Shown here piece after piece: positions 9,945 through 19,953 of a DNA stretch of 64,000 nt. How positions within the stretch are numbered: the stretch's first letter is position 1; every line of letters starts with the position of its first letter. The notes beneath the pieces were generated by a model, which had not been told where the DNA came from, did no database searches, and saw only the letters and a list, made by a program, of their open reading frames with translations. Source of the DNA: Candidatus Latescibacterota bacterium (GTDB lineage Bacteria > Krumholzibacteriota > Krumholzibacteriia > WVZY01 > JAKEHA01); NCBI GenBank assembly GCA_963707635.1, contig OY970173.1, positions 2,681,870-2,745,869 of the forward strand. The letters run 5' to 3'. The position numbers were made by a program, and so were the translations under genes.

Positions 9945-10824
9945 CGCGTGCGGCACCCGCCCACCCCGGCCCGAATGGTTCAAGATCCGGCTGCGGACCA
10001 ACGACGAGTACAGGCTGGTCAACCAGCTGGTATCGTCTTTGAATTTGCATACCGTGTGTCAGGAAGCTCGCTGCCCCAATATCTACGAGTGCTGGGGTCA
10101 GGGCACCGCGACTTTTATGATCCTGGGCGACGTGTGCACGCGCCACTGCGGGTTCTGTTCCGTGATGAAGGGCAAGCCCGGCCCGGTAGATCCGCTCGAG
10201 CCCGAGCACGTCGCAGACGCGGTCCAGCGCCTGCGTCTCTCCTACGCGGTGATCACCTCGGTCGACCGCGACGACCTGCCCGACGAGGGCGCGGGACACT
10301 TCGCGCAGACCATCGCCGCGGTCCGGCGCCGCACGCCGGACTGCAAGGTCGAGGTTCTGATCCCCGACTTCAACGGCCGCAGGGAGCTGCTGGAAGTCGT
10401 GCTGGACGCCCGCCCGGAGTGCCTCGCGCACAACATCGAAACGGCGGCGCACCTCTACCGCCGCGTGCGTCCGGTGGCGGTGTATGAAAACACGCTCAAG
10501 ATCCTCGAGCAGGCGGTACTCTACCGCGACGAGCGCGGCCTCGACATGAGGGTGAAGTGCGGGATCATGGTGGGGCTGGGCGAGACCATGGAACAGCTCC
10601 TGGACACGCTTCGCGACATCGCCCACACCGGCTGCGACATCATGACGGTCGGCCAGTATCTCCCCCCCAAGAAGGCGGCGCTGCCGCTGGACCGCTATTA
10701 CTCGCTCGAGGAGTTCGCCGCGATCCGCGAGGAGGGGCTCAAGATGGGCTTCCGGCACGTCGAATCGGGCCCGCTGGTCCGCAGTTCCTACCACGCCAGG
10801 CAGCAGATCGAAAGCACGCGCTAG
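9934..10824 (+). CDS. lipA: Lipoyl synthase
   Basis: CQEARCPNIYEC, CTRHCGFC radical-SAM motif, RSSYHA. Confidence 0.97.
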   Translation: MSTDACGTRPPRPEWFKIRLRTNDEYRLVNQLVSSLNLHTVCQEARCPNIYECWGQGTATFMILGDVCTRHCGFCSVMKGKPGPVDPLEPEHVADAVQRLRLSYAVITSVDRDDLPDEGAGHFAQTIAAVRRRTPDCKVEVLIPDFNGRRELLEVVLDARPECLAHNIETAAHLYRRVRPVAVYENTLKILEQAVLYRDERGLDMRVKCGIMVGLGETMEQLLDTLRDIAHTGCDIMTVGQYLPPKKAALPLDRYYSLEEFAAIREEGLKMGFRHVESGPLVRSSYHARQQIESTR

Positions 10825-10990
10825 CGCTCCCCCCCGGAGCGATCCACCCGCCCGCTTCGTGCAAGTCCACACCACCCGTCGATCCACGCCGCGGCCTCAT
10901 GCGCGACGACGCGAGCGCATGAGGCGCACCTCGTCCACGGCATAGCCTTTGCAGCCTTGGCCATGCCTTCAAACCCAGGCGAGGAGCGAC

Positions 10991-12448
10991 ATGGCCACCA
11001 CGACGCGAGCGGTTTCCTTACGTGAGCTAGTTTCCTTCGGCGACGTCGCCGCGGAAGACGACGCCGTCCTTGAATACTTCCTCACCACCGACGCGGTCAC
11101 CCGCATCAAGAACGGCGAGGTATTCCTCGTCCTCGGGCGAAAGGGCGCGGGAAAGACCGCCCTCGTGCGCCACTTTGCGGAAGGAAACGGCAAGGGGCTC
11201 TCGCGGTCGCTGAACCTCGCCGGCTACCCGTGGGCCGTCCATGCGCAGCGCATCGACCGCGGCTCGTCCGACGTCGAGGCGTACGTCTCGTCGTGGCGGT
11301 ACCTGATCGCGGTCCAGCTGGCGGCGCTGGCGCTTTCGCGCACGCGCGGCGCCACCGACGAGAGTGCGAAGGCCATCCGGCAGTTCCTCGCCGACAACTA
11401 TGGGGGTGAGTCGCTCGAGCTCGACGACGTACTGCGGCCGTCCAAGTTGCGGCTGTCGAGCATGTCGTTCGAGCCGCAGGTGTTCGGCTGCAAGCTCGGC
11501 GGGATCGCGCTCGACCGCAACGCCAACGATCTGAAACTCGGCACCGAGCTGAACGCGCTCTCCGACATGCTGCTCGCCGCCACCGCCAAGCTGGCGCGCA
11601 AGGCGGGTGCCCCCTCGCTCATGCTCCACTTCGACGAACTGGACCAGGGGATATCGACCCTCACCGAGGAGCGGGCCCGTATGCTCGCGGGGCTGGTGCT
11701 GGCGGTGCGTTCGGTCCGGCAGAGCTCGCGCGACGGCGGCGTTCCTCTCAAGCCGGTCGTGTACCTGCGGTCCGACCTCTGGAACAAGCTTTCGTTCTCG
11801 GACAAGAACAAGATCACCGAAAAGCTGGCGCTGCGGCTGGAATGGGACAGCGACTCGCTGCTCGAACTGGTGTCGGCGCGGCTGCGCGCGAAGCTCGGCC
11901 CGGCCGCGCGCTGGGAGACGATTACCAGCAACGAACAGCTGAAGAGCTCGAACAACAAATGGAACTTCATCCTGTCGCGGACGTTCTTGCGCCCGCGCGA
12001 CGTCATCAAGTTCCTGAACTCCGCGCTCACCGAAGCCCGGCGCCGCGACGACGAGCCGCTGGTGCTGGGCAACCCGGACGTCGTGAACGCGCGCGAGGCA
12101 TACTCGGCCTACCTCAAGGCCGAGCTCGACGACGAGATCATGGCGCACTGGCCGCACTGGGGGGAAGCCCTGCAGGCGTGCTCGGCGGTCAGCACGATGA
12201 CGTTTCAGCGCGAGGAGTTCGCGCGCGAATACGAAGAGCGCCGCTCGAGCGCCAACACCACGGGCGCCGACGAGGCGCTCGAGATCCTCTACCGGTTCTC
12301 GGTCATCGGCTACGAGCGCCGCAGCGGGTACGGGGGCAGCTCCTGGGCCTTCCAATACACGAACCCCGAGGCGGGCTGGGACAGCCGCGCCGCGCGCTTC
12401 AAGGTTCACCTGGGACTGAAGGAATTCGCGAAGCTGCGCGAGGAGTAA
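10991..12448 (+). CDS. P-loop ATPase (Sll1717/FunZ-like family)
   Basis: FGDVAAEDD N-terminus, Walker A GRKGAGKT, Walker B LHFDELD, LRSD, RPRDVI; GAGGAG RBS at 10981. Confidence 0.8.
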   Translation: MATTTRAVSLRELVSFGDVAAEDDAVLEYFLTTDAVTRIKNGEVFLVLGRKGAGKTALVRHFAEGNGKGLSRSLNLAGYPWAVHAQRIDRGSSDVEAYVSSWRYLIAVQLAALALSRTRGATDESAKAIRQFLADNYGGESLELDDVLRPSKLRLSSMSFEPQVFGCKLGGIALDRNANDLKLGTELNALSDMLLAATAKLARKAGAPSLMLHFDELDQGISTLTEERARMLAGLVLAVRSVRQSSRDGGVPLKPVVYLRSDLWNKLSFSDKNKITEKLALRLEWDSDSLLELVSARLRAKLGPAARWETITSNEQLKSSNNKWNFILSRTFLRPRDVIKFLNSALTEARRRDDEPLVLGNPDVVNAREAYSAYLKAELDDEIMAHWPHWGEALQACSAVSTMTFQREEFAREYEERRSSANTTGADEALEILYRFSVIGYERRSGYGGSSWAFQYTNPEAGWDSRAARFKVHLGLKEFAKLREE

Positions 12449-13099
12449 TCACTGCCTCGCGGCAATCGGCGCGAGAAACGGATTCCACTTCTTCTCTTCG
12501 CCGATGGTGGTTTCCGGCCCGTGGCCGCAGTACACGATGGTGTCGTCCGCCATCGGAAGAAATCTCTCCAGCGTCTTCATCATCTGGCCGTGGTCCCCGC
12601 CCGGCAGGTCGGTTCGCCCGATGCTCCCCTGGAAGAGCACGTCGCCCACCACCGCGCGCGGCGGCTTCTCGTCCTGAAACACCACGATGATGTGCCCCGG
12701 GGTGTGGCCGGGCATCAACATGATTTTGCCGCTCATCTTTCCGATGTGGAGGGTCTCGCCCTCTTCCAGATAGCGATGGATGGGAACCACCCGTGGCGCC
12801 GGCAACCCGAACAGCATCGCCTGCTGGCCGACCCGCTCGTAGGCCAGGAGCTCGGCCCGGTGCATGAACACCGGCACGCCCAGCGCGTCGATCACGCCGG
12901 CCAGCCCCGACACGTGGTCGAGGTGCGCGTGCGTGTTGACGACCGCCTTTACCCGGACGTCCATCGCACGCACGGTCTCGAGGATCCGCTCCGCCTCGTC
13001 GCCGGCGTCGAAAATGACCGCGTCGCGGGTTTCACCGCACGCCACGATGTGGCAGTTGCTCTGGAATGGCCCGACGGTGAGCGATTCGATGAGAAACAT
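12449..13099 (-). CDS. MBL-fold metallo-hydrolase (glyoxalase II-like)
   Basis: THAHLDH, PGHTPG, GDVLF.GSIGRTD, GHGPETTI. Confidence 0.93.
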   Translation of the reverse strand: MFLIESLTVGPFQSNCHIVACGETRDAVIFDAGDEAERILETVRAMDVRVKAVVNTHAHLDHVSGLAGVIDALGVPVFMHRAELLAYERVGQQAMLFGLPAPRVVPIHRYLEEGETLHIGKMSGKIMLMPGHTPGHIIVVFQDEKPPRAVVGDVLFQGSIGRTDLPGGDHGQMMKTLERFLPMADDTIVYCGHGPETTIGEEKKWNPFLAPIAARQ

Positions 13100-13295
13100 G
13101 CGGTGAGAATAGCACACTGACCGCACCGATCGGGCGGAGATAACGGCCGAGCGGGTGACGCCGACGGGCGGCAGTACCCGGGGTCGTCGAGCGAGTAGCG
13201 AGTGCGCAGGCGCGGACGAAACGAGCGACGCCCCGGGCTGGCGAGGCGGCAGGACCCGCGAAGCGAATGCCGACCGTGTGCTATTCTCCCCCGCA

Positions 13296-14225
13296 ATGGC
13301 GATGCTCAAGAACTCCTTCCAGTGGTCCGTCTCACGCGACCGCACGTTTCGCGAATGCCCGCGCCAGTACTGGTTCAACCACTATGGCTTCTGGGGCGGC
13401 TGGGAATCCGACGAAGACCAGCGCACACGTGAGATCTACACCCTCAAGCAGCTCCGGACCCGCCCGGTGTGGGTAGGCGACGTCGTCCATCGCTGCATCA
13501 AACAGTCGATCGAAAACGTCGCGCGCGGTATCGCCGTCCTCCCCGTCGACCGGATTCTTGCCATCACGCGCGACCTCATGCGCTGGGAGTTCCGCGAGTC
13601 GCGCGACGGATTGTACCGCCAGGACCCGCGCTCCGCGTACGCGCTCTTCGAGCACGAATACCGCGTGCACGTAACCGACGGCGAATGGCTGGAGGCCGCC
13701 GAAACCGTGGACCGGTGCCTGCGCGTCTTCTACGACTCGCCGGTGTGGCAGCGGCTGTCGGCCACCCGTCCCGCCGACTTTCTGGAGATCGAGAGCTTTT
13801 CGCGCTTCGCGCTCGACGACGTCGAGGTCGTCCTCAAGATGGATTGCGCCACGCGCGAGACCGACCGGGTGGTGGTGTGGGAGTGGAAGACGGGCCGGCG
13901 CGTCAGCCCCGACGCCCAGCTCCAGCTCGCGTGCTACGCCTTCTACGTGCACCAGGCCTACGGGGTGCCCATCCACGGGGTGGAGATGCGCCGCTTCGAA
14001 CTGGCAACCGGAGAGGTGCACACGCGCACCATCGCCGAGCGCGAGCTCAACGAAACCCTCGCCTACGTTCGCGGCAGCATCGCCGACATGCGCTCACTCC
14101 TCGACGACCCCACCCGGAATCTCACCCGCGAGGGCCGTTTCGCGAAGGTGTCACGGCGCGAGATTTGCTCCCGCTGCAATTTCGTCCGCCTGTGCGAACC
14201 GGCAATGGCCCCGAACGCCTCGTGA
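13296..14225 (+). CDS. PD-(D/E)XK nuclease family protein (Cas4/AddB-like, four Cys)
   Basis: WSVSR..ECPRQY, GDVVH, KMD..WEWKTG, QLACY, CSRCNFVRLC. Confidence 0.85.
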   Translation: MAMLKNSFQWSVSRDRTFRECPRQYWFNHYGFWGGWESDEDQRTREIYTLKQLRTRPVWVGDVVHRCIKQSIENVARGIAVLPVDRILAITRDLMRWEFRESRDGLYRQDPRSAYALFEHEYRVHVTDGEWLEAAETVDRCLRVFYDSPVWQRLSATRPADFLEIESFSRFALDDVEVVLKMDCATRETDRVVVWEWKTGRRVSPDAQLQLACYAFYVHQAYGVPIHGVEMRRFELATGEVHTRTIAERELNETLAYVRGSIADMRSLLDDPTRNLTREGRFAKVSRREICSRCNFVRLCEPAMAPNAS

Positions 14226-14325
14226 CCCCCGCGCCGGGCGCGGCGCCGAAGTCGGGCTTGTGCCCGTCCACGTTCTATAGTATAGATTGGGTGACTTTTT
14301 GGGCCGTCTGAAGGAGCAACTTCAA

Positions 14326-15477
14326 ATGATCGAATACGTTCCGGGTCTGGAAAACGTGCCCGCGGCCGAATCGGCCATCAGCTACATCGATGGGGAGAAG
14401 GGCGTTCTCGAATACCGGGGCATCCGGATCGAGGACCTTGCGGAGCACAGCACGTTCGAAGAGGTCACGTTCCTGTTGATGAACGGAAAGCTTCCGACCG
14501 ATTCGGAGCTGGCCGAGATCACCCGGCGTATCGCTCGCGCGCGTACCCTCCCGAAGGAACTGCGCGCCGTCGTCAAGAGCCTGCCGAAGACCGCGCACCC
14601 GATGGACGCCCTGCAGACGTGCGTCGCCGCAGTCGGCGCGGTCTCGCAGCACAAGAACATCTACGACGAGGCCACGCGCGAGGAGATGGCGGTCGACTTC
14701 ATCGGCAAGTTCCCATCGCTGGTCGCCGCGTTCCACCGTTCGCGCACCGGCCAGGAGATCGTCGATGCCGACCCCTCGCTCTCCGTTTCCGCCGACTTCC
14801 TGCACATGCTCACGGGCGAGAAGCACGAGGCGCTCAGGGCCCGGGCGATGGACATCTGCCTGATTCTGCACGCCGACCACACCATGAATGCGTCCACGTT
14901 CGCCACCCGCGTCACGGCGTCGACCGAATGCCAACCGGCGGCCGCGATCGCGGCCGCGGTCGGGAGCCTTTCGGGCCCGCTGCACGGCGGCGCCAACGAA
15001 GCCGTGCTGCACCAGCTCGAAGAAATCGGGGCCAAGGAAAAAGTCGCGCCGTGGTTCGAACAGAAACTCGCGAAGAAGGGGAAGATCATGGGCATGGGCC
15101 ACCGCGTCTACAAGACGAAGGACCCGCGCGCCAACATCCTCCAGGACCTCGCGCGTCAATTGTTCGTCAAGTACGGCAGCTCGCCGCTCTACGACATCGC
15201 GGTCGAGCTGGAACGCATCGCAATCGACCGGCTCGGTCCGCGGGGAATCTACCCGAACGTGGACTTCTACGCCGGCATCGTGTACAGCCGCCTCGGCATC
15301 CCCATCGACCTCGGCACTCCGATCTTCGCAGTATCGCGCATCGCGGGCTGGGCGTCGCACTGGATGGAGCAGATGCGACATAACCGGCTGTTCCGGCCAA
15401 CCCAGGTCTATCAGGGCGACCACAACGTCCCCTACGTGTCGATGTCGGAACGCAAGGCGCCGGTCAGAACCGCCTAG
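14326..15477 (+). CDS. gltA: Citrate synthase (bacterial/archaeal dimeric type)
   Basis: PGLENV, HADHTMNAST, GPLHGGAN, GMGHRVYKTKDPR, YPNVDFY, FAVSR; AAGGAG RBS at 14311. Confidence 0.93.
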   Translation: MIEYVPGLENVPAAESAISYIDGEKGVLEYRGIRIEDLAEHSTFEEVTFLLMNGKLPTDSELAEITRRIARARTLPKELRAVVKSLPKTAHPMDALQTCVAAVGAVSQHKNIYDEATREEMAVDFIGKFPSLVAAFHRSRTGQEIVDADPSLSVSADFLHMLTGEKHEALRARAMDICLILHADHTMNASTFATRVTASTECQPAAAIAAAVGSLSGPLHGGANEAVLHQLEEIGAKEKVAPWFEQKLAKKGKIMGMGHRVYKTKDPRANILQDLARQLFVKYGSSPLYDIAVELERIAIDRLGPRGIYPNVDFYAGIVYSRLGIPIDLGTPIFAVSRIAGWASHWMEQMRHNRLFRPTQVYQGDHNVPYVSMSERKAPVRTA

Positions 15478-15506
15478 TTCGCTCTCGCGGCGACCATGAA
15501 ATGAGA

Positions 15507-15541
15507 AAGCCGCCCGGGACATCCGGGCGGCTTCCTTTTTT
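15507..15541 (+). terminator. Rho-independent terminator
   Basis: AAGCCGCCCGG/CCGGGCGGCTT stem followed by T-tract, between convergent genes. Confidence 0.8.
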
Positions 15542-15564
15542 GGTCCGAATCCCCGGCGGCGAAC

Positions 15565-15762
15565 CTAGTAGTCCTCTTCCTCGTCGTAGGCTTCGTGATC
15601 GACTTTTTCGCCCTCGCCCTCGTCATCGTCGTCGTCGTCGCCGTCCCCGTCCGGCGCGTGGGCGCCGTAGTCGCGCATGCATTCCTCCGAACAGAAGACC
15701 TCGTCGTCGACGTAGAGACCCTCGTCCCCCACCTTTTCCCCACAGTATGCGCAGCGTTCCAT
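15565..15762 (-). CDS. Small (65 aa) TRASH/YHS-like zinc-finger protein with acidic tail
   Basis: CAYC..FCSEEC followed by D/E-rich tail; GGAGAGG RBS upstream. Confidence 0.7.
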   Translation of the reverse strand: MERCAYCGEKVGDEGLYVDDEVFCSEECMRDYGAHAPDGDGDDDDDDEGEGEKVDHEAYDEEEDY

Positions 15763-16210
15763 GCCGTTGTTCCTCTCCGGTGATAGGCCTCTCCCCCCCA
15801 TGGCGACCGCGGGCGGCCGGGTCGCGGCCCCGGGGTGGGGACGGCTTTGCTAATTATCCCGGGCCCACGCCGGTGTCAACTGGAAAACGCCGGAGGCACC
15901 GATTGCGGCGGGTAATGGCCCGTTCCCCGAATCCGATTATGTCCCGTCGCGGCGCCACAAAACCAGAACCTGTGGAATCCCCGACGACCCGAAAGCCTCT
16001 CCCGGGGCAATTACCCCAGGTAAGCGGAGGAGCTTGCCTCTTCGGCCCGCTCAAAGTGCTCGAACGTGGCGCCCTAATCAGTTGAAACCAATGCCGGTAC
16101 AGCCGCTTGCCGGGACGATATGTCGTCCCGTCCCTGGTGGGTATGGGCGTTGCTGCACATCAGGTAGCTCAATTCGCTTCATGGCTCCCAGATCGGCCCC
16201 CGGAGGATCC

Positions 16211-17827
16211 GTGGCCCCCACCCGAACCGCCCTCAATCCGTCGCTCGTCGACGAAGGCATCGTCGTTTCCCGGGTCGTCACCGCGGAGCAGGCCGAGATC
16301 CTCTCCCCCGAGGCGGTCCGCTTCGTCGCCGACCTGGCGCGGCGTTTTTCCGCCCGGCGCAACGAGCTCTTGAAGCTGCGCATGATCCGCCAGAAGGAAA
16401 TCGACGGCGGCCTGTTCCCGGACTTCCGACCCGAGACCCGCGCCGTCCGGGAGGGAAACTGGAAGGTGTCCCCAATTCCGGCCGACCTCCTCGACCGCCG
16501 CGTCGAGATCACCGGACCCGTCGACCGCAAGATGGTGATCAACGCGCTCAACTCCGGCGCGAGCACCTTCATGGCGGACTTCGAGGACTCCAACTCGCCC
16601 ACCTGGAGCAACTGCGTGCAGGGCCAGGTGAACCTGCGCGACGCCGTGCGCCGCGCCATCGACTATGCGAGTCCCGAAGGCAAGAACTACCGTCTCAACG
16701 AGCGTACCGCGACGCTGATCGTCCGCCCGCGCGGCTGGCACCTCGACGAGCGCCACGTGCGCGTCGACGGGGTCGCCGTTCCCGCCGGGCTGTTCGACTT
16801 CGGGCTCTTCTTCTTTCATAACGCCGAGGAGCTCGTCGAGCGGGGGTCCGGTCCCTACTTCTATCTTCCGAAGATGGAAAGCCACCTCGAGGCACGGCTA
16901 TGGAACGACGTCTTCGTCCACGCGCAGGGCGCGCTCGGCGTGGCGCAGGGGACCATTCGCGCCACCGTCCTGATCGAGACGCTGCTCGCCGCGTTCGAAA
17001 TGGACGAGATCCTCTACGAGCTGCGCGAACACTCCTCCGGCCTCAATTGCGGGCGCTGGGACTACATTTTTTCCTTCATCAAGCGCTTCCGCAACCACCG
17101 CGAGTTCGTGCTGCCGGATCGCATGCAGGTGACGATGGACCGCGACTTCCTCAAGGCCTACGTCGATCTGCTGATCAAGACCTGCCACCGCCGCGGCATC
17201 CACGCGATGGGAGGCATGGCCGCGCAGATTCCGATCAAGAACGACACCGCCGCCAACGACGCCGCCCTGGAGAAGGTGCGCGCCGACAAGCTGCGCGAGG
17301 TGCGCGCGGGCCACGACGGTACCTGGGTGGCACACCCGGGCCTGGTGCCGGTCGCGAAGGAAATCTTCGACGTGCACATGCCGACCCCGAACCAGATTCG
17401 GGTGGCGCGCCAGGATGTGGCCGTCGGCGCCGCGGACCTGCTCAAGGTCCCCGCCGGCACGATCACCGAGAAGGGGCTGCGCACCAATATCAACGTGGGC
17501 GTGCTCTATCTCGAGTCGTGGCTGCGCGGCGCCGGTTGCGTGCCGCTCTACCACCTGATGGAAGACGCCGCCACCGCGGAGATCTCGCGCGCGCAGGTGT
17601 GGCAGTGGATCCGCCACGGCGCCCGCCTCGACGACGGGCGCACGGTGACGCGCGAGCTGGCCCAGGCGGTCATGGCCGAGGAGATCGATCGCATTCGCGC
17701 CGCGGTGGGTGCGCCGGCCTACGCGGCGGGGCGCTACGAAACCGCCGCCAAGCTCTTTGTCGAGATGATGACCAGCGACGACTTCGTGGAGTTCATGCCG
17801 TCGCTGGCGTACGAGTTCCTGGACTAG
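16211..17827 (+). CDS. aceB: Malate synthase A
   Basis: [47 protein letters not shown]; GTG start after GGAGG (start approximate). Confidence 0.96.
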   Translation: MAPTRTALNPSLVDEGIVVSRVVTAEQAEILSPEAVRFVADLARRFSARRNELLKLRMIRQKEIDGGLFPDFRPETRAVREGNWKVSPIPADLLDRRVEITGPVDRKMVINALNSGASTFMADFEDSNSPTWSNCVQGQVNLRDAVRRAIDYASPEGKNYRLNERTATLIVRPRGWHLDERHVRVDGVAVPAGLFDFGLFFFHNAEELVERGSGPYFYLPKMESHLEARLWNDVFVHAQGALGVAQGTIRATVLIETLLAAFEMDEILYELREHSSGLNCGRWDYIFSFIKRFRNHREFVLPDRMQVTMDRDFLKAYVDLLIKTCHRRGIHAMGGMAAQIPIKNDTAANDAALEKVRADKLREVRAGHDGTWVAHPGLVPVAKEIFDVHMPTPNQIRVARQDVAVGAADLLKVPAGTITEKGLRTNINVGVLYLESWLRGAGCVPLYHLMEDAATAEISRAQVWQWIRHGARLDDGRTVTRELAQAVMAEEIDRIRAAVGAPAYAAGRYETAAKLFVEMMTSDDFVEFMPSLAYEFLD

Positions 17828-17856
17828 AGAAGACGCTGCACCAAGGAGGACGCACC

Positions 17857-19143
17857 ATGGACAAGCGCAAATTCATCGAGAGGACGACGGCCGAGTGGCG
17901 CACGTCGCCGCGATGGAGCGGGATCGAACGCCCCTACAGCGCCGAGGACGTCTGGCGCCTGCGCGGGTCCTATCACGTCGAGCACACGATCGCGCGCCTC
18001 GGCGCCGAGCGTCTGTGGAGCCTCCTCCACGACCAGAGCTTCGTCCACTCGTTGAGCGCCGTCACCGGCAACCAGGCCATCCAGCACGTGCGCGCCGGCT
18101 TGAAGGCGATCTACGTGAGCGGGTGGCAGACGGCGGCCGACGCCAACACCGCGTCCACCGTGTACCCGGACCTTTCGCTCTACCCGTGCGACAGCGTGCC
18201 GCAGCTCGTGCGCCGGATCAACAGCGCGCTGCTTCGCGCCGACCAAATCCACCACTACCGGCAGAACGCGCAGAACGGCAAGGGCACGTACTGGCTGGCA
18301 CCGATCGTCGCCGACGCCGAGGCGGGCTTCGGCGGGGTCCTGCACGCCTACGAGATCATGCAGGCCATGATTCGCGAGGGCGCCGCCGGAGTCCACTTCG
18401 AGGACCAGCTCGCATCGGTCAAGAAGTGCGGCCACCTCGGCGGCAAGGTGATCATCCCGACCCAGGAGTTCATCACCAAGCTCGTCTCGGCGCGCCTCGC
18501 CGCCGACGTGCTCGGCGTCGACACGTTGCTGGTGGCGCGAACCGACGCCGGCAGCGCCGGGCTCCTCACCAGCGACATCGACCCCTACGACCACGAGTTC
18601 CTCCTCGGCGAGCGGACCCACGAGGGCTTCTACCGCGTCAAAGCCGGCCTCGAGCAGGCGATTTCGCGCGGGCTCGCGTACGCGCCGTACGCGGACCTCT
18701 TGTGGTTCGAGACCTCGCACCCCGACCTGGGCGAAGCCCAGGCCTTCGCGGAAGCGATTCACGAACGCTTCCCCGGAAAGCTCCTCGCCTACAATTGCTC
18801 GCCGTCCTTCAACTGGAAGGCGAACTTGAGCGAGGCGGCCATCGCCGAGTTCCAGAACCATCTGGGCGCGCTGGGCTACAAGTACCAGTTCGTCACCCTC
18901 TCGGGCTTCCATTCGCTCAACCACGCGATGTATCAGCTGGCCGTCGGGTACCGCGACCGCGGCATGGCGGCGTACTCGGAGCTGCAGCAGGCGGAGTTCG
19001 CGTCGGAGAAGACGGGCTACGAGGCGATCAAGCACCAGGAGTTCGCGGGCACGGGGTACTTCGACGCGATCAACGAGATCGCCAGCGGGGGCATCTCGTC
19101 CACGCTCGGCATGTCGGGTTCGACAGAGAAGGAACAGTTCTGA
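17857..19143 (+). CDS. aceA: Isocitrate lyase
   Basis: KKCGHLGGK signature, [19 protein letters not shown]-terminal GSTEKEQF; AAGGAGG RBS. Confidence 0.97.
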   Translation: MDKRKFIERTTAEWRTSPRWSGIERPYSAEDVWRLRGSYHVEHTIARLGAERLWSLLHDQSFVHSLSAVTGNQAIQHVRAGLKAIYVSGWQTAADANTASTVYPDLSLYPCDSVPQLVRRINSALLRADQIHHYRQNAQNGKGTYWLAPIVADAEAGFGGVLHAYEIMQAMIREGAAGVHFEDQLASVKKCGHLGGKVIIPTQEFITKLVSARLAADVLGVDTLLVARTDAGSAGLLTSDIDPYDHEFLLGERTHEGFYRVKAGLEQAISRGLAYAPYADLLWFETSHPDLGEAQAFAEAIHERFPGKLLAYNCSPSFNWKANLSEAAIAEFQNHLGALGYKYQFVTLSGFHSLNHAMYQLAVGYRDRGMAAYSELQQAEFASEKTGYEAIKHQEFAGTGYFDAINEIASGGISSTLGMSGSTEKEQF

Positions 19144-19230
19144 TTTCGTGGGCAGACGAGGACGGGCGACGTTTTTCTCCTCCTTCGGCGTCGCCCGCCT
19201 CGCTGCCCAAAGTCTGGGGCGCACCTGACG

Positions 19231-19270
19231 AAAAGGGCCGCCGGAGTTCATCCGGCGGCCCTTCTGCTTT
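19231..19270. terminator. Bidirectional terminator
   Basis: AAGGGCCGCCGGA/TCCGGCGGCCCTT stem with A- and T-rich flanks between convergent aceA and dinB-like genes. Confidence 0.75.
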
Positions 19271-19357
19271 CAGCTTCGCGGGGCCTGTCGCCGTCCCACC
19301 CCGCGGCATCCGCCGCGGGGGCCCCGGTCCGGCGCCACCCGCTCGTGCCCTACCTCG

Positions 19358-19861
19358 CTAGTTCCCTTCGTCGGCGGTCGGGCCGTAGATGAACGGCAGC
19401 GGCACATCCTTCATGCGCAGGTAGACAGTCAGCTGGCCGCGGTGATGAATGGTGTGACTCATCACGAATGACCGCAGCACCGCGATGCGCGGCTGCGTGA
19501 ACTGGACCTTCCCCGCCTTCTTGAACGTCCACGGCTTCATCATTTCCACGTCAGAGGTTTCGGCGATTACGCCGCGGGCCGCCGCCACGTTCTCGTCGAA
19601 GGTCTTGAGCAACGCCGCACGCGATTCCCACGCCCGCCTCGGCGGTCCGCTGCCCGACGGGTCGATGTCGAGCTCGGCTTGCTTGAGCGTGATCGGCACC
19701 CAGACCGGCAGATTGGCGAGATGGAGCGCAAGATCTCCCAGCGAATACGACTTCGCATGCGGCTTCCATGCGACGTGCGCTTCCGGCACGCGCTCCAGAA
19801 GCTTGCGCGTGTTGGCGGCCTCGTGATCGAACTCCGGAAGAATGGATTGAGCAATCGACAT
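19358..19861 (-). CDS. DinB/YfiT family protein
   Basis: WKPHAKS.SLG.LA.H, HTIHHRGQLTVYLR, P.IYGPTADE; AAGGAGG RBS. Confidence 0.9.
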   Translation of the reverse strand: MSIAQSILPEFDHEAANTRKLLERVPEAHVAWKPHAKSYSLGDLALHLANLPVWVPITLKQAELDIDPSGSGPPRRAWESRAALLKTFDENVAAARGVIAETSDVEMMKPWTFKKAGKVQFTQPRIAVLRSFVMSHTIHHRGQLTVYLRMKDVPLPFIYGPTADEGN

Positions 19862-19953
19862 GGATTCCTCCTTGGTGCGCAAAGGATACGGCGCCCACGC
19901 GACCGATTCCAAGAACTTCTCATTCTGTGAGCATGCGTGGTATGATGCGCGCC

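Noticed and set aside
13296-14225. CRISPR-Cas locus suggested by the Cas4-like gene
   Set aside because: No repeat-spacer array or other cas genes are seen anywhere in the window.
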